Shown here: piece by piece, positions 33,518-44,261 of the stretch
Layout: each line of letters opens with the position of its first letter
Numbering within the stretch: the first letter of the stretch is position 1
From: Nemertoderma westbladi
Taxonomy: Eukaryota; Animalia; Xenacoelomorpha
Direction: 5' to 3'
Assembly (NCBI GenBank): GCA_032718475.1
Contig: JAUCBJ010003019.1
Location: forward strand, 1-44,261
Length of the DNA stretch: 44,261 nt
Notes under the pieces: model-generated
Told to the model about the DNA's origin: nothing
Databases searched by the model: none
What the model saw: only the letters and a program-made list of their open reading frames with translations
Position numbers and translations under genes: made by a program

Positions 33518-35744
33518 AGATCTACCTAATGCTAGCGAATGCGCCACCTTGTGGCATCCAGTGGGAATGACTCTAGAAAGCGCCACTAAAGAGTGGAATG
33601 AGACTCTTAACGTTATCGAGATGTATGGAGTTGTCACTTACGATAACGAAGGTAGCGTTCCGGTTGGAGAACTGGGAACTACGCGCATGATACATATACG
33701 AGGACTAGCTGGTTCTACCCACGTATTCACTCGAGCGTGTTCCGATGTGATTGATTATTCTTTTGAGACCCTTACCGAGATACAAAAGAAACTCCGACAT
33801 GGACAATTCGAACTCGCGCAGCGTTACGTCACCGACACCGAGCGTAAACCGGCCATGGGTATCGATGGATCGATGATACCCCAGCCCGTGCTCGAGATGT
33901 TGTTTAATGAAAGAATCCTTAAAATCGGCTCAGCTGTTTATGGAGATCTCCAAAACGACTTTCGGAACATGGAGAACATTCCATACCCTTTCGTCGATAC
34001 TCAGCTGATTGCTCCCTGGGCAGAAGGCCGAGGTTTCTTCCGCACTATGTATGCAAATACACCCAGCGGCATTACTAAAGTACAACGAACCACCATCGGA
34101 CATCTTGCCTTTCAAGAATACGGATGGAATTTCAAGGTTGGAAATCCTATCAACTACCAACAAGTATATGGAGATCATTATTCTCGATTATACTTTGATG
34201 GACCATTGACCGCACCTGGTGCCGTGTATAGCTTTATGAGTGTTCCACTTCGTCCCTCTTTAGCTATATACATGATCTTTGAAAACGCCGCACTTGCTGG
34301 TTGGCTAGCCGATGTGTGCAGTCGTACTATACGCGCCCATCCCTTAATACTTGGAACCAAACTCGCCAAGCTAGATGAACACAATAAATTCATCCGCTTC
34401 GAATGTTTCAGGCGCTTTCTGACTCCGTTCCGTAACGTTGATAGTCAGTTCAAGGACCGCGCTCTGACCAAGCTCAGCCTAAGAGACTCAGCTGCTGAAA
34501 AGTTAGACAGCGCGGGATTCGCCATTTTCAAGGACGTTTGTATACAGAACTTACATTCATCTGTTATACAAAGACCTCGAATACCCACGGGTTATTCTAT
34601 CGTGGAAGTTCAGACAGCGGGTTCGCATGAGGAGACAGCCGCACCTACCTCAGCTATGCAATTGGAAGACGAACCAATATGCTTAGAATCTGAGGAGATT
34701 CAGCCTACAGCGCCCCAGAGCAGCGATAACGACTACGTCTTGGAATGGTATCAAGGTCCACAATGTCTCACCGCATACGATTATCGGCACGCCAACTATG
34801 TTTCTCGAAAACGTTGCCGATTATGCGCATCGAGAGATCATTTCACCCCTATGGACTCAGACGTACCCTGCTCCTATTTCCATGAACAACCGATGATGGA
34901 GATCTATTGTGCGTATTGCAGACTCAATAACTCGCACATTTTCGCAGTCTGCCCCCAATTTATGACTCAATGCCATCATTGTCAACTTAAAGGACATGCC
35001 AGTTTTAATTGCCCTTTTAACCGCGATCTGGAAAGCGTAGATGAGATGATTACCCTGCGCTACATCCGAGCTTGGGAAGCGAATGCGGATTTACATTGTG
35101 AGTCACGCCATCGCTATTACCCTGGACGCGCCTACGAAGGAGTTTACGCATTCCATCCTTATCTATTCGCGTCTGTTGAACAAAAATCGCGCACACCGAG
35201 TTACGAACTAATGAAGCGTGTTGGTGAGTGTATTTCCACCAAATTTGTTCGTAAATATCTCAGGAACATCAATCCTAACGATATTAATTCATACAATTTG
35301 ACCAATTTCATCCGTCAAGACCCGGAGTATGGCGATTTGTTCATCAACTCGCATCCTGAATTACAGGAAGTACATCGACGGCCTTACGAATATCGAGCCC
35401 GAGAACGCGAGCTGGAAAGAACCATTAAACCGAGGAAGTTTCTCACCACTCACGGTCTGCCTACCGCTATCGTTCAGACGACTTGTCAGGGACCAGTAGG
35501 AGCTGCTGTCCTAAGACGCGCTCTAAAGGCCGTTAGACCTCGCTCCACTGAAGTTGATATCGATCAACCAGGTACCTCGACCGGCGGATACACCGACTGT
35601 AATCCTAAACCTTCTGATGCAATTGTATTGCACCCTTCACCCAGGAGTTATAGCCCTCCTAGTAAAGTGGCTCGCCCCAAAGAGAAAAGGACTCTTGCTA
35701 GCCTCAAAAAACTGCGTAAACGCCGTCCGCACAAGAAAGACTAA
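33474..35744 (+). CDS. Accessory ORF-Y of A: DEDDy-type 3'-5' exonuclease (WRN/RNase D/Mut-7-like), tandem CCHC Zn knuckles, basic NLS-like tail (756 aa)
   Basis: ExoI VVTYDNEG; ExoII IPQPVLEMLFNERILKIGSAVYGDL; FVDTQLIA; TIGHLAFQEYG; ExoIII-like PLRPSLAIYMIFE; CRLCASRDH, CAYCRLNNSHIFAVC, CHHCQLKGHASFNC; KKLRKRR. Confidence 0.78.
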   Translation: MENVETYTTQYLKYRDLPNASECATLWHPVGMTLESATKEWNETLNVIEMYGVVTYDNEGSVPVGELGTTRMIHIRGLAGSTHVFTRACSDVIDYSFETLTEIQKKLRHGQFELAQRYVTDTERKPAMGIDGSMIPQPVLEMLFNERILKIGSAVYGDLQNDFRNMENIPYPFVDTQLIAPWAEGRGFFRTMYANTPSGITKVQRTTIGHLAFQEYGWNFKVGNPINYQQVYGDHYSRLYFDGPLTAPGAVYSFMSVPLRPSLAIYMIFENAALAGWLADVCSRTIRAHPLILGTKLAKLDEHNKFIRFECFRRFLTPFRNVDSQFKDRALTKLSLRDSAAEKLDSAGFAIFKDVCIQNLHSSVIQRPRIPTGYSIVEVQTAGSHEETAAPTSAMQLEDEPICLESEEIQPTAPQSSDNDYVLEWYQGPQCLTAYDYRHANYVSRKRCRLCASRDHFTPMDSDVPCSYFHEQPMMEIYCAYCRLNNSHIFAVCPQFMTQCHHCQLKGHASFNCPFNRDLESVDEMITLRYIRAWEANADLHCESRHRYYPGRAYEGVYAFHPYLFASVEQKSRTPSYELMKRVGECISTKFVRKYLRNINPNDINSYNLTNFIRQDPEYGDLFINSHPELQEVHRRPYEYRARERELERTIKPRKFLTTHGLPTAIVQTTCQGPVGAAVLRRALKAVRPRSTEVDIDQPGTSTGGYTDCNPKPSDAIVLHPSPRSYSPPSKVARPKEKRTLASLKKLRKRRPHKKD

Positions 35745-35822
35745 CTGTTTAGAGTATTTTTATATTTTAGAAACTGTGATTTTTTATATTTTATAGAATT
35801 AAATCCCATTTTCTGGGAGCGG

Positions 35823-37012
35823 TGTAAAGGCTTTTGCGTAATTAGCTGGTTATTTTCCCCGCCAAGTACTCTGTAGGTGTTTTAGCGGACATAAAAAGCC
35901 GTTTCCTTACTGTACCGGCGTTTTAGTGGACATAAAAAGCCATTTCTTCTGTATGTGTACTTTAGCGGACATAACTAGCGATTTTATGTCGCAATACGCC
36001 AAAATACTCTTGATACAGTGAAAGTTCAGATGACGACATCTATCAGCTGATATGTACACGTGTAACTTTTTCTTTGTTCTTTGTTCGGTCGACCAATCAG
36101 AGCAATTTTCATTTTATTTGTACAGAAGCCTCCGGGAAATCGCGCAATGCATTATGGTTTATGTTTACCTTTTTTCCTGATGCCACAACATCGGCTGTGG
36201 AATTATTCTGTGTTTCAGACTTTAGCCAAACATTAGAACGGCTTTGATCATAGAAACGTATAACTGTTATAATATTATCATATTGTCACAAACTGGCATA
36301 CTGCCCATATCATACCATACATACCGTTCACCGCATAATTTTACTGCTATTTACTGTCGGTTATTAATTGTATCAGTTGATGGAATATTGTTATATTTGG
36401 AGAATATCGATAAATAATCATAAAAACCCCAATCTTCTTGATATACTGAAGGTGAGAGACCGGTTACATATAGCAATTGCGACTTACATTATAGTGGTTT
36501 TGGAGTGAATCTAATGCTATTTCATAGGCCCTACATGTATCGGTTGCTGTTCTCTTTATATGTGACTAAAATTAGTGAAGGTCGGCAGATCGGTGTGCAG
36601 CATTGTGCGGTAGTGTGCATGAGTGTGATAGATAACAAAGCATCTCCTAAAGAATGCGCTTTATACGTGAATCAATAGCCATCCCGTTGTGTTTAGTGTA
36701 AGTCATAACTCTGTTTACATACTTAGAGCGCCACGTCCTAAAGGAACTGTTAATATTCCCCGAAAGTGAATAATATTTGTCAGAGATTTTATATTAACGA
36801 TCAATCGAATAATACAGTAGGCCTACACCGCAATAAGGTCAGAGCATCCGAATCCAGTCTCCCGGGTAAATCCAGCGGGTGAATGGTCGCGCATAGGCTG
36901 GCTTCGGCTAATGTAGTGCATCAAATACTTGTCATAGGCTAAAGTCGATTTATAACCTAGAAGACACCTAAATTTGGCAGGTTAAACTACTAAAGGTCTA
37001 AAAGCGCGAACA
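35823..37012 (+). repeat. 3' LTR of element A (1190 bp), preceded by PPT GGGAGCGG
   Basis: TGTAAAGG...GCGCGAACA; both termini match the B LTR. U3 has three ~40-bp repeats TTTAGCGGACATAAAAAGCC (35880-35980). Confidence 0.87.
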
Positions 37013-40000
37013 GCCTGTCCCTACTTCCATGCTGAGTGGATGTAGGCTTTTCCCTAGAGCTGGACCCTCATACCTGGCTGCAGGGGTATGGGACTTGATC
37101 AGGCAGAATGTCATCAACCAATGGCTGGTCAAGTATTAGGATGTACCTTGCGTCTATAAAGACGAAGGTACCTCCCACTGCAAGCTGCACCTGTAGCAGG
37201 GGTGTAATATATGGCCTGGCAGATGAGCCACTTGCCAATGGTGGGCCATATGCACCAGGGGAGCTTTGGGAGATGGGCCCATTGTAACCCCACTGCAACA
37301 CCCACCCTGTGGACTGGCAAACCAGGGTGTGGTACCTGCCCCGAGAGCGTACTCGGTAACAAAGCACCCCCCTTTCTAACCACAATGGATAGTACCAGTA
37401 ACGCGGAGGTCCGGCCACCTGGGGCCAGTGGAGAACCCGGACTTACAAGGCCCCACAGGCGCCAGTCTTCTCCTGACAGGCAGTCTGTATCCCAACCCCT
37501 AGGAGAGGGAGGAGCCGGCATTGCTTTACCCCTCCCTGATAATGACCCACTTGGCCCAAACCCTATTGGAGGGAGGCCAAATGGCGAAATTCAGTACCAC
37601 TGGGCTCATGTACCATCTAGGCCCAAAAACCCCCTGGTGAACATGAGACAAGTTACCATGCTTGCCTCAATAAATCCCAGGACTCTCAACCCACCACTGC
37701 AACAAGGGGAACTTACTGCTCTTGCAGATAAGCTGAACCTGACTGCAGTCGGTATTCAGGAACACCGCATGAGGTGCTCTGAAGAGGTAAGATACCAGGA
37801 TATGGGTGGTGGTTGGCAGCTTGTTCATTCCTCAGCGGATGATCAGGGAAACGGGGGAGTGGGTCTGCTTTTAAACCCAACTGCTTTTGCAGCACTAGAC
37901 AAGGTAGAGTCCATATCCCCCCGTATAATTTGCTACCACTTCACTTGCGCTGGTAAGATGGCAAAAAAGTTCCCCAAGGTTGTGATTATGGTATGCTATT
38001 CTCCAACTAGTACTGCTGATATAGCTGATGTAGACACATTCTATAACCAGCTGCAAGCAGCTACTGACTGTGTAGACAAGCATGCCTTTCTCACTATCCT
38101 TGGCGACTTCAATGCCAGCTTACCAAGATCCTCTTCTAACCCATGGGTTTATAGTGACACTGTAAACCGAAATTCAGGTCATTTGCAAGATTTTATTCTG
38201 GCAAATGAGCTGTTTTCGGCCAATACAAATTTCCAAAAACGACCTGGAAAGCTGTACACCCATGTGGGACCCAGTGGTCATAAGTCCCAGATAGACAACC
38301 TCATCTTCCGTAAGAAATACAGAGGATCAATAATTGACTGCTCTTCTCTCACAGTGCGGACATTTCAGACTGACCATCGATTGGTTATGGGAAAGACCAA
38401 ATTAAGCCTTCGTGCAAACAAGGGTCTTAAAAAGTCCACCCCACATCATGACTGGTCTACCTTGGATAAAAACCCCATTATAAAGGATAACTTTACAATT
38501 TAGGTTACAAATAGATATTCCAGTCTCATAAATGAAGAAATGAACCACTGTGAGAAATATACCCAGTTTGCTGCAGCAGTAAAGTCAGCTACAAAGAAAA
38601 CTGTTCCTCTAAAGCCACGGAAGTTGAAGAAGATCCCCTGGGCAGACCAGCGCATTCTAGACCTGCGAGAGGCATTGAACAAAGCCCAAAGAGAGTATCG
38701 TAGCCGACGTACAACTTCTGCAAAAAATGCAGTGAAAGCTTCAGTGAAATCTCTAAACAAGCAATACTCGATTAATAAAGCAAAGCTTATCAGCGAGCAG
38801 GTTGATACTATCAATGTTGCTGACGAAAGCAGGAAATCTGCTGAAGCCTGGCAAGCAATCAACCTGCTCTCTGGAAGAAAAAGCCGACCAACTGCCAAGG
38901 TGAAGGCTGATTCTCCAGCCGACCGCTTGGCAGGCTGGAAGTCTCATTTCGAGAAATTGCTAAATAATGATCGAGAACTGACTGACGATTTCACTGTAAA
39001 GCCTGTGTCACACACAATACTCTCAGACATCCCAATTGGTGACAAAACATTCGAAGAGGTCTTAACTGCTTCGAATGACATTAAAACCAATAGGGCATCT
39101 GGTGTTGATGATGTGCCTCCCGAGGTCTTTAAGATCAGAGAATGCCTTCAACTAGCCCACCCTATCCTAGTAGAAATGTACCGCACTAAGATTGCACCAC
39201 AAGAACTTAAGACTAATCGGCTAACACCCGTTCCAAAGAAGGGCAACCTCTCCTATTTTGGTTCACATCGTGGAATTAGTCTAATCTCAATTGCAGCTAA
39301 ATTATTCAACAGAATAATGCTGAATCGCATTAGGGATCCTGTAGAAAGACTCTTGCGTGGGAATCAAAATGGGTTTCGAAAAGGTAGAGGTACCTTTGAA
39401 CCCATTCTGGCACTTAGAAGGATTATTGAAGAGGTTTCTACAAAGAAAGACAGACATTTGGCTGTCATATTTGTGGATTTCTTCAAGGCCTTCGATTCCG
39501 TGTCACGCCCACGCATGTTCCAAATTCTTCAGGCATATGGGATCCCCAATGAGATCATTAATGCAATCAGATCAGTATATGACGGTTCCACGACCTTTGT
39601 ATCCACTACTGATGGAGACACAGACCCATTTGAGGTTCTCTGGGGTGTCCTTCAAGGAGACACATTAGCCCCGTTCCTCTTCATTATTGTGGTGGACTAT
39701 GTGCTGCGGACATCACTCGATCTTCATGAAGCTGATGGGGTGGAAATATCTCCACCATCAGGTAGCCGTAGACGTGGTTCCCCAGCAGAACATCTAACCG
39801 ACCTTGACTTTGCAGATGACCTTGGTTTACTGTCAGAGACATTAGAAGGAGCACAGAAGCTGCTATCTAGCTTAGAGGAGGCTGCATCTAGTGTTGGCCT
39901 CTTTGTGAATAGCACAAAGACCAAAATTCTGACAGTAAACATGGATTCAGATCAGCAGAAAATTGATCGGGATAACATTCAATCGCTGGATGGACTGGTA

Positions 40001-40607
40001 AGTCATGTGAACGACTTCTGCTACCTTGGATCATGGGTTCGGAGGTCTGATGAAGATCTCCGAATTCGCAAAGGGAAAGGCTGGTCCGCCATCCACAAGC
40101 TATCCAGGATCTGGAAGAGCTCTGACATCTCATGCTCTTTAAAGGTACGCCTTTTCCGTGCAGCAGTGGAGCCTGTGCTGCTCTATGGCAGCCCATGCTG
40201 GGCTCTAACTGCTGAAGACACCAGGTCCTTGGATGGCACATACACCAGGATGCTTCGCCGGGTGCACAACATAGCATATGATGCACACATAAGCAATGAG
40301 GTGTTATATAAATATGGTAACATATCATTGCCAAGACCTAGCATCACCCTGCAGAAACGCCGTCTAATGCTTGCTGGGCACTGTTTCCGCCGGCAGGATC
40401 AACCTGTACACAACCTTGTGCTGTGGCAGCCTGCTGGCGAGAATAGACGTGGTGGACAGCCAATGACTTTCCTCAAACGCCTGCTCAAGGACACAGGACT
40501 TGAGAACAGGAATGAATTAGGAAATTGTATGGCCGACCGCAAGATCTGGGGGCGCTATGTTTCTGGGGCCGCCGGCACTGCACCCTAGTGTAAGCCGATC
40601 ATCATCA
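37013..40607 (+). mobile_element. Near-full-length RTE-clade LINE with (ATC)n tail; 5' boundary uncertain
   Basis: Single APE-RT frame, very short 3' UTR ending GCCGATCATCATC. It abuts the A LTR end and no TSD is visible. Confidence 0.88.
37211..40588 (+). pseudogene. RTE APE endonuclease-reverse transcriptase ORF with one in-frame TAG (38501-38503)
   Basis: GIQEHR, YSPT, GDFNA, TDH; FVDFFKAFDSV, GVLQGDTLAP, FADD, FCYLGS. Track ORFs 37211 and 38540 share a frame. Confidence 0.92.
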
Positions 40608-41550
40608 AGTTACTCTGAGCAGCCTATCATTATAGTGAATTTTAATTTTTTTGAATTTTAACAATTGTTAATTATTAATCTGACGCATATTATATTTATT
40701 GTTTCACTAACTAATTTCACCAATTTACAACCCAAACTAAATTTGCCACAGTTTGAGTTTGTGTTTTATGTATTTTATTATATCTCAACAATAGACGAAA
40801 CGAGGAAATATTCTAATAACGATTGTCTATCTATGTGTAAGTTTTCCATTTCACCATTCTTATTCGTTTCATCTGGGAATAAATTTCGGTTTGCCTATGT
40901 TTCATTAGACTAGTTGTCAATGTCCAGGTAAGAAACCATTAGGTTTCCATGACAATACAAAATTATCGGGTTAGGACTTTGTATAAAGTACTTTCAAAAG
41001 AAAGTATAAGTTCGGACTTTAGCGCTCCCAGAATTTATGCAAACGGTTTTATTTTTGTGTTCGATGTGAAATTGGTTATTTGCGAAACTGAGGGGTATTC
41101 GCAATCAATATTTTCGGTCTTACAATCATTTAGCATTTAGTACAAATTGAATATAAGTGTGATTGACTAACCAACGAAAATTAAAATAACACGAGAGAAA
41201 GTAAAAAACATTATTGATAATAGGTAAAAAAAATTAAAATATAGCAGACAATAAAAGTCAGAAAAACCGACGTAATCATTTATGTAAAGGAACTTTCATA
41301 TTTTACCGATTTATAACTGATGTTACACGAATAATGATTGAATTGTATTATTTTTTCCTGCAAATATTGTAAATTGATAAAAGTGAAACTATAACTATTT
41401 TACATGATTGTGTGAAAGGTTTCACATAAGCAGTATTTATGTACCGAGCGAGGGTGGCGAGGGATGTTTCCATAAATATACAACGGTCATTCATTCATAA
41501 ACGTTGACAGTGCCCTTTTCACAAAATGGTGCCATTTTGTTAAATTATGA

Positions 41551-41613
41551 CCGGTCCGGTCCGGTCCGGTCCGGTCCGGTCCGGTCCGGTCCGGTCCGGT
41601 CCGGTCCGGTCCG
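41551..41613. repeat. (CCGGT)n microsatellite, ~12.5 copies
   Basis: Perfect pentamer array. Confidence 0.97.
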
Positions 41614-41799
41614 TCTCGGTATAAAAGTATTTATACAGTATGTTACGAATCTCCTCTGTATTGGTACAATACACGGCCTTAAAAAAACATACATACATAC
41701 ATTATTACATTTTTTATTTATTACATTTACACATAGGCTACAGACAGACTTACACAGAATTATATTTATTGTTAATTTACAATTATTGTATATGGATAT

Positions 41800-42276
41800 A
41801 TTGAAAAATATCGTGACATGAAAAATATCGAGAGTAAAAATATCGAGTGTTGAAAAATATCGAGAGTAAAAATATCGAGAGTAAAATATCGCGTGTTGAA
41901 AAATATTGAGTGTTGAAAAATATCGAGAGTAAAAATATTGAGAGTAAAAATATCGAGTGTTGAAAAATATCGAGTGTTGAAAAATATCGAGAGTAAAAAT
42001 ATCGAGTGTTGAAAAATAATGAGTGTTTAAAATATCGAGAGTAAAAATATCGAGTGTTGAAAAATATCGAGAGTAAAAATATCGAGTGTTGAAAAATATC
42101 GAGAGTAAAAATATCGAGAGTAAAAATATCAAGAGTAAAAATATCGAGTGTTGAAAATATCAAGAGTAAAAATATCGAGTGTTGAAAAATATCGAGAGTA
42201 AAAATATCGAGAGTAAAAATATCAAGAGTACAAATATCGAGTGTTGAAAATATCGAGAGTAAAAATATCGAGTGTT
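41800..42276. repeat. Minisatellite of interspersed 15-bp (AAAAATATCGAGAGT) and 17-bp (AAAAATATCGAGTGTTG) units
   Basis: About 28 units directly visible. Confidence 0.95.
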
Positions 42277-42381
42277 ATTGTATCTTGTATATAGGCGCCA
42301 TATAAATCTAAAATAATACTATTATTATTATTATTATTATACAGCTTTACGTCTGTAAAGACAATTTTAACAATAAAATAA

Positions 42382-43356
42382 TTATTCTTCTGTACGGCTT
42401 CCATTTGTAATTTTCAATAAGCCATATAACATATTGATAAGTTCAGTTTTGAATATTGGGTTCATCAGCAAAATATATAAATTTATCGTGGCGTTGATAA
42501 TGTAAGCTAAATCCGACAGTGAGGCCCAAAATACAGTTAGAACGATATTCGGCCCTTTGAACAATTCGGCCCCATCATTTAGAGCTGAAAAACTTGAAAA
42601 AATATGATATAAATAATATTTGTTTATATATGATACAGCAAATTGAATAGCTCGAGGCAACATCAATATGCTAAAGATAATTGTTGTTGATAATAATGTT
42701 TTAGTTGCATGATCGGCTTTCTTACCTCGAGATTTTAGTCGCCACAAAATCATTATATTTAAAGAAGTAAATCCTATAACAGGTAAAACTGATTCATAAA
42801 GTACAGGAAAAACCCCCCAATTAAGGATACGGTGTTTATATGGAACACAAGTATAAAAAATATCTGTAACGTTTAGAATTGGGTGGTAAATTAGTTCGTA
42901 TTTAGATTCGGAAGTATCAATAATAATTACAAATATTACACCAAAAGCTAATATGTAACCCAAAATACACAAACTAACTGTGTATAACACACGCCATTTA
43001 TTCCGGTAGAAGATTGGCCAATAAGACGCTATGAACCTCTCCAACGAGATCCCCAAGGACAACGCTATAGACGCACAGCTGGTACTCATCTTCCAAATGG
43101 GTAATATGTAGCATAAAAATACAACCCAAAAGCTAAATGTTTCGGGTACATTGGCCGTAAGGAGATTGGCTCCAAATTCATTGTCAATTATCGATAAAAA
43201 TAAATGTTGCAAGTCGCTAAAAGCGAGAAACATTAAAAATACAGCAAAACTTTTAGAACGAAGCAACGATGAACCACCAACAGCGCATAATATGATGATG
43301 TTATTAACAATTCCAACGCAACAAACGCAAATCATAACAATGCTAATAGGGTGCAT
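42382..43356 (-). CDS. Intronless class A (rhodopsin-like) GPCR, peptide-receptor/chemoreceptor-like, 324 aa
   Basis: Seven hydrophobic segments; TM1 GIVNN, TM2 LAFSD, TM3 ISLERF, TM5 LP...LN, TM6 MLP, TM7 NATINLYI and helix 8 NPIFKTEL. Confidence 0.88.
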   Translation of the reverse strand: MHPISIVMICVCCVGIVNNIIILCAVGGSSLLRSKSFAVFLMFLAFSDLQHLFLSIIDNEFGANLLTANVPETFSFWVVFLCYILPIWKMSTSCASIALSLGISLERFIASYWPIFYRNKWRVLYTVSLCILGYILAFGVIFVIIIDTSESKYELIYHPILNVTDIFYTCVPYKHRILNWGVFPVLYESVLPVIGFTSLNIMILWRLKSRGKKADHATKTLLSTTIIFSILMLPRAIQFAVSYINKYYLYHIFSSFSALNDGAELFKGPNIVLTVFWASLSDLAYIINATINLYILLMNPIFKTELINMLYGLLKITNGSRTEE

Positions 43357-44051
43357 GATACCGGATTATTAATTTTGATATACCTTTAAATATTCGACTG
43401 GTGCCGGTAATTCCACAATATCCTCTATATTTCGTTTTGACATAAAGGTACCGAAACAGAGGTACAGTAGGTAGACATCGTGCCTTTACTGCTACCGGTA
43501 CGGTATATCAGCCTTAGTTTACTTAATTTAATCTAAAACTTAATAATCTGTTAAAATTATGACCAATCTTTTAGAAAACCTATTTTATAAAGATTCTGGT
43601 TGCTGTAAAATGATTCAATGAAGTAATAAGATACCCGTCATGGTTGATGGCATTCCTTTATAATGTTTATTGGATAAATAGGTTGAGGTTGTACAGTAGC
43701 TGCTGAATTCAGTGGAGTGTTAGTATTCGTTGGAAAGTTTTACGATTCATAAAATTGCGTCTGAACAACAGTTCAGAACGATAGTTACGCAGTTATAGTT
43801 ACAGATAACTGTTAGCCACCATTTCTTAATTCAGATTTAGTTTTAACAGTATATCTAATTATATCGAATTAACCGTGTTTTCCTGTTACCCCCCCTCCCC
43901 CCGAATTCCCCCATTCCTGTAATCCCCCGTCACATTTAGTGATTCCTGTTACCCCTCCATGCCATATTGGATATTATTTGCAGGATATGAGAGCTAGTGA
44001 TATATATTTTTGTACATACGAGATATAAGAACAAAGGTTATTGTATTGGAT

Positions 44052-44261
44052 TGAAAAAGCCGTCTCTATAACCTGCTCCTTTCCCTCACGTGAAAACGAG
44101 ATTGTTTATTGTTTTGGTTAGAAAAAGCCATATCTGTAGTCTGCTCCTTTCCCTCAATTGGTAACAACATCGTTTACTGTTTTGGTTAGAAAAACCCGCC
44201 TCTCTAACCTGCTCCTTTCCCTCAATTGGTAACAACATCGTTATTATTTTTGGTTTGAAAA
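44052..44261. repeat. ~66-bp tandem repeat running off the window
   Basis: GAAAAAGCC...CTGCTCCTTTCCCTCA...GTTTTGGTTA, three copies. Confidence 0.85.

Larger units (their letters stand above)
6316..37012 (+). mobile_element. BEL/Pao LTR retrotransposon element A (degenerate; 5' LTR displaced out of the window by B) with accessory ORFs and internal nested insertions
   Basis: Domain order Gag(3x Zn knuckle)-PR(LLDSGS)-RT(YMDD)-RNase H(LHVFGDAS, YWTD)-IN(VDLFGP, SDKGTNF, GGSWERLI), then PPT and a TGT...ACA LTR. Confidence 0.92.

Noticed and set aside
31490-35744. Accessory ORFs as env
   Set aside because: No signal peptide, furin site with fusion peptide, or TM anchor.
5110-37012. One element bounded by inverted LTRs (DIRS-like or a giant TIR element)
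   Set aside because: The left repeat is better explained as the 5' LTR of minus-strand B: it is followed by B's UTR and gag, and it is much more diverged from the right LTR than a pair should be. No tyrosine recombinase or transposase is present.
37013-37460. HDV-like ribozyme in the RTE 5' region, or hammerhead in the C LTRs
   Set aside because: Hairpins are present but I could not build the nested pseudoknot or a CUGAnGA/GAAA core by eye. A descriptor or covariance-model search is needed.
38501-38503. Programmed readthrough between RTE endonuclease and RT
   Set aside because: RTE elements normally encode these in one ORF, so a point nonsense mutation is simpler.
37011-40625. CAGCCT as the RTE TSD
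   Set aside because: Only 6 bp, overlaps the LTR terminal CA, and lies ~12 nt beyond the tail.
41504-42404. ORFs with RSGPV / STLDIF repeats
   Set aside because: Translations of micro- and minisatellites.

Overview
Eukaryotic (probably invertebrate animal) DNA consisting mostly of nested retrotransposons, with one host gene. The scaffold is a large, degenerate BEL/Pao LTR retrotransposon (element A, + strand, 6316-37012). Its 5' LTR lies outside the window, and I estimate about 18-19 kb once insertions are removed. Four antisense insertions sit inside A: a sister BEL/Pao element B (1-6315, open gag-pro frame), a 5'-truncated RTE, a full two-ORF CR1-group LINE, and a very young gag-only LTR element C (531-bp LTRs, GTAAT target duplication). 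A near-full-length RTE, satellites and an intronless class A GPCR gene follow. Two things stand out. (1) Between integrase and its 3' LTR, A carries a ~6-kb accessory cassette: an unknown ~675-aa ORF plus a 756-aa ORF with WRN/RNase D-type DEDDy 3'-5' exonuclease motifs and CCHC zinc knuckles, preceded by a second PPT and promoter/splice-like signals. (2) B and C both lack a tRNA-type primer-binding site. In each, the bases abutting the 5' LTR are complementary to a segment inside that same LTR (11 nt in B, 9 nt in C, extended by further helices), which suggests Tf1-like self-priming in BEL/Pao elements. All family calls come from motif recognition and by-eye alignment; no searches were run.
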